A model generated the notes under the pieces. That model did no database searches and had not been told where the DNA came from. It was given only the letters and a program-made list of their open reading frames with translations. This document shows positions 13,987-25,724 of a DNA stretch of 64,000 bases, piece after piece; position 1 is the stretch's first letter; the number at the start of each line of letters is the position of its first letter. Made by a program: the position numbers and the translations under genes. This DNA comes from Malacoraja senta (Eukaryota), in the NCBI GenBank assembly GCA_038087875.1, contig CM075997.1, positions 3,040,001-3,104,000 of the forward strand, written 5' to 3'.

Positions 13987-15269
13987 CAGTCAGGGGGGAA
14001 TATTCTCCTGCTTCATGCCTTTTTGCATTGTGTACAATTCATTCACCAGCCCTGGCGTTCAATATCATGGTTGATCTTTTCTGTGCCTGAACTCTTCTTA
14101 ACTGACTGTTTTCCAAAGCACTCCATTTCTTGATCTTTCAAAAATGCATATATTCCCTATCCCGCTTAAAAATATATATTTCTAATGATCGACCCTGCAC
14201 AGTCCTCCGGTATAAAGAGTTTCATAGATTCACTACCCTCTTCCAAACTCTAAATACACGCTTAGCCTACTCAATCACTTCCCAAACTAATCATCCCTGG
14301 AGCAGTCTGGTGAATTTATTCTGTACTCCCTTTAAGGACACCCAAACAGTGCACAAAATTTAAGATGCAGTCTCACCAAGACACTATATGATTGCAATAA
14401 GACTTCCAAAAATCAGACCCTTGCCTTCCTAACTTCCTGTTGACACTCAGTGACTGGTGTACACGCCCAGGTCCTTTGAACGTCAACACAACCCAATCTC
14501 TCACGGACACAAAATGCTGGATTAACTCAGCTGGACAGGCAGCATCTCTGGAAAGAAGGAATGGACGACATTTTGGGTCGAGACCCTTCCATAACCTAAT
14601 CTCTCACCGTTAACAAATGCACAAGTTTCTATCTTGTTCAAAGTGGACGAATTCAGGTTTTCCACATTATATTCCATCTGCCATGTCCTTGCCCATTAAT
14701 TCAGCTTATCTTATCCCCCTGAAACCAATTAACACCATCCTCAAAGCTTGGTGTTAATGGTGAATTTTAATTTTAGACACACTATGGAAACACAGGCCCT
14801 TCAGCACACCAACCATCGATCACCCGTTTATACCAGTTCTATGTTACCCATTTTCTTATTCACTGTCTACAATTTAGAGGCTAATTAACCGACAAACCTG
14901 CACGTCTTTGGGTGTGGGAAGAAACCAGAGCAGCAGTAGGAAAACCACAGTGTCATAGGTAGAACATGCAAACTCCACACTGGCAGCACCCAAGATCAGG
15001 ATGTGCTGCACGCTGTGCTGACTTCAATCTTTGAGGCAGATTATGAGGCCCAAGCACCACTACCCGAGGCACAGCCTGTTAACATCAGAAGGATTCTTTT
15101 ATTTCCACCTTTTGCTTAGTGTCCTATGACCAATTCTCTCCCCATGTTAGTAGAGAGAAGGAATGGGTGACGTTTCAGGTAGAGACCCTTCTTCAGACTT
15201 GTTATCAATAACCTTTTGAAAATCTAAATATACTGCATCCCCCAGTTTCTCATCATCTATTCTACGTCA

Positions 15270-15640
15270 AAATAAAAATTGAGGTCGGGTAAGGGGGGAT
15301 GATAGTTGAAGAGTTGTATGTCCTATTTACGTGATGCTCAAAAAAAAAAAACATTTGTTTCTCTTTTTTTCTCTTTCTCTTTTCTTTTCTTAGGGCCTAT
15401 TTCTTAACTCTTTTTCTTTTTGTTTTTAATTTCGCTCTTATAGGGTCTTCGTCCTTTTTTGTTGTTACATTTTCTACACTTTTCTACACTTGCACTTTTT
15501 CCTTCACTTTCTTCTCTCTTTCAATCTTTTCTTTCTCTAGTGTAAAAAAAATAAATAAAGGGAGTACATTAATTGTAAGAAGATATAAATGACGAGTATT
15601 AATGTATGTGGTTGTAATGTAATGTACTTCTAATAAATAA

Positions 15641-15681
<41 letters not shown>
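15270..15681 (+). mobile_element. Young 5'-truncated poly(A) retroposon (probably an L1-clade 3' UTR)
   Basis: T-rich body, AATAAA, ~36-nt pure poly(A); perfect 15-bp TSD ATCTATTCTACGTCA (15255-15269, 15682-15696). Confidence 0.8.
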
Positions 15682-15685
<4 letters not shown>

Positions 15686-15989
15686 ATTCTACGTCATATT
15701 CTCAAAGAACTCCAGCAAAACACAATTTGTACTTAATGAATCCAATGTGGACCCTTTTCAAAACTATTATTCGTTAAAGGCATTGACTCTGGCCTTGGTG
15801 ATGTTGCAATTATGAGGCCCTACCAAAGCTGCAAGGTGAACTTCTAAAATTGCAAGTTGTTAAAACATAAGATTGTGGTAAAAGATTATGAATTGCAATC
15901 ATTTGTACATTCATTTTTGATGGTGAGGGTGGCAGTTAACTAATTGAGCCAGGTAAACAGTTTTTATGCTTTTAAAATATTTCAATCAC

Positions 15990-17392
15990 CCTCAGGGATC
16001 ATTGCTGGGCCTTTTGCTGTTTGTGGCTTATGTCAATGTTTTGGATGAGAAACTAAAGGCATGATTAGCAAGTTTGCAAATGACACGAAAGTGGATGGCA
16101 TCGTAGATAGTGAAGAAGGTTATCAAAAATTGCAGCAGGATCTTGATCAGCTGGGCAGATGGGCCGAGGAATGGTTAATGGAGTTGAATACAGATAAGTG
16201 CGAGGTGTTGCATTTTGAGAAGTCAAACCAGGGCAGGACTTTCACAATGAATGGCAGGGCTCTGGGGAGTGTAAAGGGGCTGTCCCACTTGGGCGACCTA
16301 ATTGGCGAGTTTAGAAGAGTTTAAAAAATGACATGCAGAAGACCTCCTTCGACCATGTTGAAGACCAGCTTCGACTAGCTACAACTAACTTCGGGAAAAT
16401 TGGACACTGAATAGTGGGGAGTGAAGACGACCTTCTTCGACCTCCCTTCGACTATGATGAAGACTATCTACGACTACGTTTGACTACCCTCGATTACCTA
16501 TGCCTAACATGACTACGACTAAACCTACGAGTAAAAAAAGTATCGATTTTTTAACATATTGAAAAAAACGCCGCGACCTAGCGGAGGCCTCGAGTACACG
16601 GAGACCACTCTCGAGCATGAAGGAGAGTTACAAAGACCTCCTACGACCTCGTGGCGACCATGCTGCGAGTATGAGCCGAGGACAAACTCGCCAGAACTCG
16701 CGGATTAGGTCGCCCAAGTGGGACAGGCCCTTTATAGAGCTGAGGGATCTAGGAGTTCAGGGACATAGTTCCTTGAAAATGGAGTCACGGGTGGTCAAGA
16801 AGGCTTTCAGTCAGAGTACTGCGTATAGAAATTGGGACAAGACATTAGTGAGGCCACATTTGGTGTATTGTGTTCAGTTTTGGTCACCTTGTTACAGGAA
16901 AGATGTTGTTACTGGAAAGGGTACAGAGAAGATTTACGATATGTTGACAGGTTTCGAGGGCCTGAGATATAGGGAGAGGTTGAGCAAGCTTATTTCTTGC
17001 AGCGCAGTTGGACGGGGGTTGATCTTAAAAAAGTGTATAAGATCATGAGGGGATTAGACAAGATAAATGCACAGTCTTTACCCAGAGTAGGGGAATCAAG
17101 AATCAGAGGTCATAGGTTGAAGGTGAGGGGGGACAGGGGGACGGAGGATTTAATAGGAACCCAACTCTTTTTTTTTACACAAAGGATGATGGGTGTATGG
17201 AATGAGCTGCTATAGGAGGTGGTAGAGGCAGGTGCTATCACAACATTTAAAAGGCAATTGGAAAGGTACATGGGTAGGATAGGTTTTGAAGGACAGAGGG
17301 CAAAAGCAGGCAGGTGGGACTAGTGTAGATGGGGCATGTTGGTCAGTGTGGGCAAGTTGGGCCAAAGGGCCCTTTTCCACACTATATGAACC
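15990..17392 (+). mobile_element. CR1 LINE 3' part (RT), interrupted by a MITE (approximate bounds)
   Basis: ISKFANDTK, LQQDLDQL, LVRPHLVYCVQFWSP motifs followed by the CR1 3' UTR. Confidence 0.88.
16275..16731. mobile_element. PIF/Harbinger-like MITE with internal CGACT/CGACC repeats
   Basis: TIR AGGGGCTGTCCCACTTGGGCGACCTAAT / ATTAGGTCGCCCAAGTGGGACAGGCCCT; flanks TAA / TTA; splits a CR1 RT. Confidence 0.78.
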
Positions 17393-17409
17393 TATGGCCC
17401 TCTGAGTCT

Positions 17410-19175
17410 GATTGGACCTTTTCCAGGTTATTGAGAGAAGCAAGAGGAGATTGCAGGGGCCTTGACAAAGATCTTTGTATCTTCTCTGGCCACAGTTGAG
17501 GACTGGAGAGCAGCCAATGTTCTTTCTTTGTTTAAGTAAGGGAAGTTGAGGGAATCCAACAAATTATAGGCCGGTGAGCCTCACGCCAATGATAGGGAAG
17601 CTTTGAGTGTATTCTTAGGGATAGGTTTACAAGCATTTGCCCGCAGCAGGTCACGTTTTACTAACTTCATTGAGTGTTTTGAGGAGGTGACAAAGGCGAG
17701 TGATGAGGGTAATACACTGGATGTTGTCTACATGGATTTTAGTAAGGCATTTGATAGTCGCTCACGGTAAGTTGATCCAGATCAAGATGCACGGGATTAA
17801 CTCTGATTTGGTCGTATGGATTTATAACTGCTTTACTAATGGAAGACAGTGGACTGTGGTGGAACTACAATATCCAGGCTGGAGTGTTGGGATGATATAA
17901 TATATATATTATAGGACTTGAACGCAAATGTAGATGAATTGGTCAGTAAGTTTGAAGACATTACCAATATTAGTAGAATTGCAGACAATGAGGAAGGCTG
18001 TCATAGGATACAGATCAGTTACTGATATGGGCAAAGAAATGGCAAGTGAAAGTGTAGGGTGTTGCACTTTGAGAGGTCGACTGCAAGGGAAAGTTGTACA
18101 GTTAATGACAAGACCCTAAATAGCATTGACGTATGGAGGGAATTGGGGTTCAGGTCCATAGCTCCCTGAATGTGGCAACAAAGGTAGACAGAGTGGTAAA
18201 GAAGGGTTATGATAAGCTTGCTTTCATCAGTCAGGACATTGAGTACAGGTCCACCACCGATTTTCCAGCACCCTTGGTTCCAGAGCCTCTCTGGAATATC
18301 CGATTTGCCGGACCATTGGAGGTCATGGCCTCCGAGAGCAGTCCAACAGTACTAGAACGGCCCACAACGTTGGCCGGGCCAGAGTTCCAACCGTGGTTGC
18401 AGGGGGCAAATTTGACCTGACAATCGCGCGAAAGTCCCGATGAGGTAGACATCGGCAGTCTGGCCCGGCCTAGGCGCCACGTTTTCGGGGGAGGGTTCAA
18501 GAGCGCTCTCTTAATTTTGTCCGGAATAAAAGAGGTACTTGAACACTAGTAGCTGGAAAATCAGTAGTTGGCCCGTGTAAGAATCAGGAAGTCATGATGT
18601 GACTTTATAAAATATTGCTTAGGTCGCATTTGGAGTATTGTGTGCAGTTCTGGTTGCCCTATTACGGCAAGGATGTGGGGCTTTGGAGAAGGTGCAGTTT
18701 TATAACAATCGCTACCTGGATTCAATACTCAGCTACAAGGAGAGGTTTACGAGAAGAGGTTAAAAATAGCTAGAAGGAGATAATGGACAAACTTGGATTG
18801 TTTTCTATGAAGCATTGGAGACAGGGGAGATGTGATAGAAGTATATAAAATCACGAGAGACATCGATAAGGTAGATAGTCAGAAAAGATTAGAAGGCATC
18901 GTTTTACAGTGAGAGGGGCAAAGTTTAAGGGAGATGCATGGGTCAATTTTTGTTTACATACACAGGTGGTGCGTGCCTGGAATATGCTGCCAGGGATGGT
19001 GGTGAGAGTGGATACAATAGTGCCGTTGAAGAGGATTTTAGACAGGCACATGGATACATCGGGAATAGAGGGATATGGATCACATGCAGGACGAGGACAT
19101 TATTTTAGCTTGGCTTCATGTTTGGCACAGAAATTTTGGGCGAAAGGGCCTGTTTCTGTGATGTACTGTTCTATA
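17410..19175 (+). mobile_element. Degenerate CR1 LINE ORF2 and 3' UTR (approximate bounds)
   Basis: NYRPVSLT-, DVVYMDFSKAFD- and HLEYCVQFW-like motifs across frameshifts. Confidence 0.85.
18246..18577. mobile_element. Tc1/mariner/pogo-type MITE
   Basis: Imperfect TIRs CAGGTCCACCACCGATTTTCCAGC / GCTGGAAAATCAGTAGTTGGCCCGTG; TA on both sides; splits a CR1 sequence. Confidence 0.72.
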
Positions 19176-20098
19176 CTCTATCCTATTAAACCATGTCTGT
19201 AGTCTGTAGTTACTGCTGCCTTTGTAACTAGTTAACCTTTCAATCAGCACTCTCAACTCACTGCACCAATTTGAGAGACATTTGAGGTTTGGTTTGCATG
19301 ATCTGCAGTATAAACAGGCACACTGGAATCTGAGAGTGCCAAGAGAGAGTGGTTTCGATGGTGGTTTAAGAAGGAACTGCAGATGCTGGAAAATCGAAGG
19401 TAGACAAAAGTGCTGGAGAAACTTAGCGGGTGCAGCAGCATCTATGGAGCGATGGAAATAGGCAACATTTCGGGCCGAAACCCTTCTTCAGACCCGTTCC
19501 ATTTCCTTCGCTCCATAGATGCTGCTGCACCCGCTGAGTTTCTCCAGCACTTTTGTCTACCTTTTGGTCTCGATGATTGCATGGTCATGAAAATACAACC
19601 AATTTTCGTGCTCTGTTTGATTTTTGGAACAAAACACATTTATGGATTTCAAAACTTATTGCATTTATGTTGCAACTAAATCTATGACGGCGTCCCAAGA
19701 TTTTTTTATGGAATCGTACAACATTTGACACCAAGAGATATAGCTTTTCAGTAACCAAGAAATAGGTCAAGGAATTCCAGGAATGATGGCTTAAAAACAC
19801 CGAAAGCCATGCTGTTCCAAAAAAGACTAACATTGGAGGGAATGAACAAGGTTTGAGAAATAGAAAGGTGAAAGGTCTCGGAATAAAAACAGAACACATG
19901 GATGGTGGTTTGAAATAAAGGTGTTGATGCAACAGATTCAACACAGACAGAGAAAACAAGATGGTAAGTGAAGAGGACTTGGTACGTTTTAAATGGGCTT
20001 GTTTATGGAGGATGGTGGAAGACCGGCCAGGTATTACAGATTGGTGAAAGCTACTGAGACGGCATGTCCGTTGCAATTCTGCAGTAAAACTCACTCAC

Positions 20099-20285
20099 AT
20101 TCGGCTTTGATAGCTGCACTGTTGATTGGCAAAAAGGGACGTCGTGCTGCCTGCCGTGGGTGGAACAGGTTCCGACAGTAATACCGTGCTATTTTGGTTA
20201 ATCTCGTTGTCTGAAGACAGAAAGCCTGCCTAGTCTTCAGTGTAAACTTGGGGTTGGCATTCTTCACCCAGTAGCCATGTGGATT
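20099..20285 (-). CDS. MTA1: MTA1 exon: NPHGYWVKNANPKFTLKTRQAFCLQTTRLTKIARYYCRNLFHPRQAARRPFLPINSAAIKAE
   Basis: 187 nt; ttttag acceptor, gtgagt donor; phase 0-1; contains KTRQAF and AARRP motifs typical of the MTA R1 (RBBP4-binding) region. Confidence 0.93.
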
Positions 20286-21743
20286 CTAAAAGATAAAATA
20301 AATTAGCAGGCATGCAGAACAAAACACATTATATCTAGTGTAGGAAGGAACCGCAGAAGCTGGTTTACACCGAAGATAAACATAAAAAGCTGGAGAAACT
20401 CAGCGGGTCAGGCAGCGTTTCTGGTGAAAAGGAATAGGTGGCATTTCGAGTCGAGGCACTTCTTCTGAAGGGGAAGTCCTGGCCTGCCTTCTGAAGAAGG
20501 GTCTCGACCCAAAATGTAACCCATTCCTTTTCTCCAGAGGTGCTACCTGACCCGCTGAGTTCCTCCAGCTTTTTGTCTCTATCTTCCATTGTAACTAGTT
20601 TTTGTTTCAGCTGTCGAATTTGAGAAACTACATTAAACATTTGGGTCCCCTCCCCTGCTACCCACAGCAGGGTCAGGGCATTAATTTTAATCACCTTACC
20701 CTATCAATCTCCTCATCTCATGCTTAAGTAACTGAGCGAGTCAGGCAGGTTCCTGGAGAACTTGGACAGGTGACGTTTTAGGTCGAGACCCTTCATCAGA
20801 CTGATTGAGCAGTCGGGACCCTTCAGCAGACCAAATGGTCTGAAAAAGAGTCCCGGCCTGAAACGTCACCTATTAACATTCTCCAGGGATGCTGCCTGAC
20901 CTGCTGAGTAACTGCAGCATTTTGTGTCTTTTTTACTTCATCCCATCAACTATTAGACTCTTAAACCACGCCCCTACCCCAGCAATGAATAAATAAGAAC
21001 TTTGTATGAGCAGTGCTACGTACTTCACCTTGCATTAGAATGGTCTGATTACCTGGCATAATTAATAATATATTGTATTATTTATTGTATTAGTTTTGCT
21101 GTTTCATTAATATGACTGCAAAGCTGCAGCAAGAACGAATTTCATTGTTCCGATCCCTGTGCATGTGACAATTAAACCCTCTTGACTCTGGCTATGATGA
21201 GGGATCTGGGACAAGTACTTGGGAGACTGCTTCTTGTCACGTTGACCTATTCCACTGGTAATCAAAACCTTCTCATTGTGATATGCCATCCCCTCTCCAT
21301 AGCAGCTGGATTACTCTCCTGTGTAAGAAGGAACTGCAGATGCTGGTTTACACCCAAGACAGACACAAGACGCTGGGGTAAGTCAGCAGGTCCGACAGCA
21401 TCTCTGGAGACAAGGAATCGGCGACGTTTCGGGTCGTGACCCTTCATCAGACTGAGAGTCAGGTAGGGGGACACTTCTCGTGACCTATTCATTTTCACCA
21501 GAGATGCTACCTGACCCGCTGAGTTACCACAGCATTTTGTGTCTATCTTAGATTATTCTCCTGTTCTCCTATCCTACATGCATCCATGCAACCAAGGCAC
21601 AGGATGAATTCACTGCCAGTGCATCTATCAAGGAATGTGTTCTAGTTATCTTTAACAACATCATAAGCAAAACCCTGTGGCGTTCAACCAAAATAGTCTC
21701 CCCCTTCCTAACGGCTCTTGTATCGTGAAACGGTAACACTTAC

Positions 21744-21895
21744 TGCGTTATTACGGGTAGGCCCGGGTCTCTCGCCCTCGAGCCTTGTTGGCATCTTCAG
21801 GCCACCGTACTTCTTCCAGTAATTCCAACAAGTTGCACAAAGTCTGCATTGCATATTAGGAGGGCCCCAGGAGTACCACTGGTATGACTGAGTTG
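21744..21895 (-). CDS. MTA1: MTA1 exon (GATA-type zinc finger): [51 protein letters not shown]
   Basis: 152 nt; cttcag acceptor, gtaagt donor; phase 1-0. Confidence 0.96.
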
Positions 21896-21977
21896 CTGAA
21901 GAGAGAAGAGTATCCTCGTCAGCGGTGTGAGCAAGAAATACATGGCATCCCATTATCAGATACAGTGTGCATATATA

Positions 21978-23210
21978 GTGATAATAATAATAACTAATAA
22001 TAATAACTTTATTTATAAAGCACTTTAAACAACCACAGTTGCCACAAAGTGCTGTACATGAGAAATCATGAACAAAAAGCTATTACAAACAATTAAAAAC
22101 CATTAAAAACCGTAAAACGAAGGACTATAAAAAACACACTAAAAATTAAAAGACATTAAAAGCACTAAAAACAGGGGCAATGCCTCAGCCAGTGTCGAAA
22201 GCCAAAGAATAAAAATATGTTTTTAGGGAGGATTTGAAGATGGACAGTGAGGGGGCCTGTCTGATGTGCAGCGGCAAGGTGTTCCAGAGTGCCGGAGCAG
22301 CAACAGAAAAAGCTCTATCCCCTCTGAGCTTCCGCTTAGACCTTGGTACCTCAAGGAGCAGCTGATCAGCTGACCTGAGGCACCGGGCAGGAGCATATAG
22401 GTGGAGCAGCTCAGAGAGGTAAGGCGGGGCGAGCCCATTCAAGGATTTAAAAACAAATAAAAGAATTTTGAAATGAACTCGAAAGAGCACTGGGAGCCAG
22501 TGTAGGGAGGCCAAAATTGGCGTAATGTGCTCCCTCTTTCGAGTTCCAGTCAAAAGGCGAGCGGCAGCATTTTGAACAAGCTGGAGGCGAGCCAATGAAG
22601 CTCGTGCGACTCCAGAGTAGAGTCCGTTACAGTAATCCAGCCTAGATGTAATAAAGGCATGGATTACTGTTTCAAAATGCTCCCGCTCGAGAATGGGCTT
22701 CACCTTTGCCAGCTTCCTTAGGTGAAAGAAGCTGGACTTAACCACCGCGCCTATTTGTTTGTCTAGTTTAAAATCACCGTCCATCCTAAAACCCAGGTTC
22801 AAGACGGTTGGCTTTACAGACAATGCCAGTGGACCCAAATCAACAAAGGGAGGTTCACGGCAGCCATTGGGGCCAAACAAAATCACCTCTGTCTTCTCTT
22901 CATTAAGTCCCAGAAAGTTTAAGGCCATCCAGGACTTAATGTCCTCAAGACAAGACAGAAGTGATTTTAGAGAATAGTCTTCTTCTTTCCTGAGTGGCAT
23001 ATATAACTGGCTATCATCTGCATAAAAGTGAAAGGAGATGCCATGCCTTCTTAAAATTGAGCCCAGAGGAAGTAGGTATAAGGAGAAGAGCAGGGGCCCT
23101 AAAATTGAGCCCTGTGGAACCCCATATACCAAGGGAGTGGAGGAGGATTCAAAGCCAGCAAGGCTTACACGCATGGTTCTGTCTGCCAGATAGGACCTGA
23201 ACCATCCCAG
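21978..23210 (-). mobile_element. 5'-truncated L2-clade LINE with uninterrupted RT C-terminal ORF (22185-23174)
   Basis: GVPQGSILGP, HFYADDSQLY, RLDYCN and HITPILASLHWLPV motifs; 3' end ...TAAAGTGCTTTATAAATAAAG(TTA)n. Confidence 0.92.
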
Positions 23211-23810
23211 ATGCTCAGTTTAGCACTTGGGTACAAATGACAATAAAGTATCATCACCATTAACCAGCCGCCTAACTGGTATACTTGACAGACTCTGCCC
23301 CATCCCACCTCTCCTTTCCAATTTCTCTCCACCTCTCCATCAGTCTGAAGAAGGGTCCCGACTGCCAGATCCACTGAGTTCCTCCGGCAGTTACCAGAGA
23401 AAAGGAATAGCTATGGAGGCAGATTTGATGCTGCAGAGCTCTTGGAGAGAAACAGAAGTGCTCAGAGCAAGTACAGTCAGATGCAGATAAAAGCTACAGC
23501 ATCAAATACCCCTCGCCAGGTATACTGCTGTTTCAATTCCCCAATTAGCCGCCTTGTTGCTCGAATTTAGCAACCTGTTCGTAGCACCTTAGTTTTGGAG
23601 CCCATGCCGTTTAGATGCTGGTCTGAGAAAATCCCAATTCAATGTATCCCTTAAAGGTAGCAATGAGAATCTAAACAGGATTTAATATCAGGCTGTCGGA
23701 AAAATGACAAAGTGCCAGAATACCTTTACACTAATAATCGATACTTGATTCAAGTGTTGATGCTGCACACTCCGCTGAATGTAGGAATGAGACAAGCAAT
23801 GTAAACGGCC

Positions 23811-24375
23811 AGCGTTTGACAGCACTGGGCCTCTACTCGCTGGAATTTAGAAGAATGAGGGGGGACCTCATTGAAACGTACAGAATAGTGAAAGGCTTGG
23901 ATAGAGTGGATGTGGAGGGGATGTTTCCACTAGTGGGAGACTTTGGACTAAGTCACAGCCTCAGAATTAAAGGACGTTCCTTTAGGAAGGAGATGAGGAG
24001 GAATTTCTTTAGTCAGAGGGTGGTGAATCTGTGGAATTCTTTGCCACAGAAGGCCGTCAATGGATATTTTTAAGGCAAAGATAAATAGATTCTTGATTAG
24101 TATGGGTGTCAGGGGTTATGGGGAGAAGGCAGGAGAATGGGGTTAGGGGGGAGAGATAGATCAGCAATAATTGAATGGCAGACAATAGACAATAGACAAT
24201 AGGTGCAGGAGAAGGCCATTCGGCCCTTCGAGCCAGCACCGCCATTCAATGTGATCATGGCTGATCATCCCCAATCAGTACCCCGTTCCTGCCTTCTCCC
24301 CATATCCCCTGACTCCGCTATCTACTCCGCAGAGTAGATGGGCCGAATGGCCTAATTCAGCTCCTGTCACTTACG
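23811..24375 (+). mobile_element. CR1 LINE 3' fragment with a second, antisense CR1 3' tail nested at ~24181-24322
   Basis: LGLYSLEFRRMRGDLIETY...FFSQRVVNLWNSLP; nested piece has a (GACAATA)n tail. Confidence 0.85.
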
Positions 24376-24505
24376 ACCTCTGATGTGTTATGCTCAAAGA
24401 GATCCCCTCTGACTGGTGTAAGCAATATGCTGCATGCAGCATGTTGACAGTGCATGTTGTAGACAGTCAATGGCAAGTTCATCAGGAGAAACATGTTCTA
24501 CTCAC

Positions 24506-24627
24506 TGTAACAGCTCTCACATGCCCTGCCAGCTCCTCCATTCTGCCCTTGGAACCCTGCTCCATTCACCATCCCTGGCTTGCTGACTGTGTTATTCACA
24601 TTGATCTGGTTGGGGTTTGGTTTGTTG
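24506..24627 (-). CDS. MTA1: MTA1 exon (first CxxC of GATA-type zinc finger): NKPNPNQINVNNTVSKPGMVNGAGFQGQNGGAGRACESCY
   Basis: 122 nt; ccacag acceptor, gtgagt donor; phase 2-1. Confidence 0.95.
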
Positions 24628-24680
24628 CTGTGGAAAATAAGAGACGGAAATTCAAAATTGTGGGCGGGGAAAATAATTGT

Positions 24681-24948
24681 TTTGTTTAGATACAGTGCGG
24701 AAACGGGCCCTTCGGCCCACCGAGTCCGTGCCAACCAGCGATCACCATACACCAGGACTAGCCTGCACACGAGGGACAATTTACCATTTTTACCGAAGCC
24801 AAATTAACCTACAAACCTGCACGTCTTTGAAGTGTGGGAGGAAACGGGAGCACCCGGTGACAACCCACGCAGTCACAGGGAGAACGTACAAACTTTGTAC
24901 AGCAAAATTCAGGATCATCAGGAGGCCGCTGCATCATCCTGCCGCCCT
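24681..24948 (-). mobile_element. HE1-like tRNA-derived SINE (minus-strand copy, damaged head)
   Basis: Reverse complement of the body and tail seen at 25293-25595. Confidence 0.75.
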
Positions 24949-25292
24949 TTGATCCTGAATTTTGCTTTAAGTTGAAACTGTTGAGTGTGGTAAATAAGCT
25001 TGAACACTATGATTACTGATGCAACGATTGTCATTGCCACACTCCTTATTTACAAGAATGGGAACAATCATTTTGATGAAATCATTGGTAAATGCAGTAA
25101 CATACATCATATTGCAAGATGTTATCACGTTGCAAAATATTATCATATAACTCGGTGCTCAGCCCAATATTAAACTGCATTGAGTCTGTCATTTCTGTGC
25201 GTAAGCATAGTGTCTGTCCATCTATATATGCTTCACACCAAGTTCAGTCACAGACATCGATCGTTATTCTGCATAATGCATTCTGGAAGCAT

Positions 25293-25595
25293 GGAGCGGC
25301 ACGGTGGCACAGCGGTAGAGTTGCTGCCTCACAGCGCCGGAGACCCAGGTTCGATCCCGACGGGTGCTGTACAGAGTTTGTATGTTCTCCCTGTGACTCC
25401 GTGGGCTCCCCCCCCCCCCCCCCCCCCGCCCGAGATCTTCGGTTTCCTCCCACACTCCAAAGGCGTACAGGTTTGTAGGTTAATTGGCTTGGGCTTGTGT
25501 AAATTACCCCAAATATGTGTGGGCTTGTGTTAATGTGCAGGGATCGCTGGTTGGTGCGCACTCAGTGGGCCGCAGGACCTGTATTTCTAAACTAA
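25293..25595 (+). mobile_element. tRNA-derived SINE (HE1/V-SINE-like)
   Basis: A box TGGCACAGCGG (25305-25315), B box GGTTCGATCCC (25348-25358), central GGTTTCCTCCCACACTCCAAAG, (TAAAC)-like tail. Confidence 0.85.
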
Positions 25596-25665
25596 TCCAA
25601 TAAAAACGGAACGGTGGCATGACATTTCATTTACACAGGCAAGACAAATCCATGGAAGTACTCAC

Positions 25666-25724
25666 TAGTTGGGGATGTACACCTGTTTTAATCGACTCTC
25701 TGCTTCAGCTGCTTTCAAACGTTT
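25666..25724 (-). CDS. MTA1: MTA1 exon: KRLKAAEAESRLKQVYIPNY
   Basis: 59 nt; tttcag acceptor, gtgagt donor; phase 0-2. Confidence 0.95.

Noticed and set aside
25293..25365. tRNA gene
   Set aside because: A/B boxes are present but run into a SINE body and tail repeated across the window; no complete cloverleaf.
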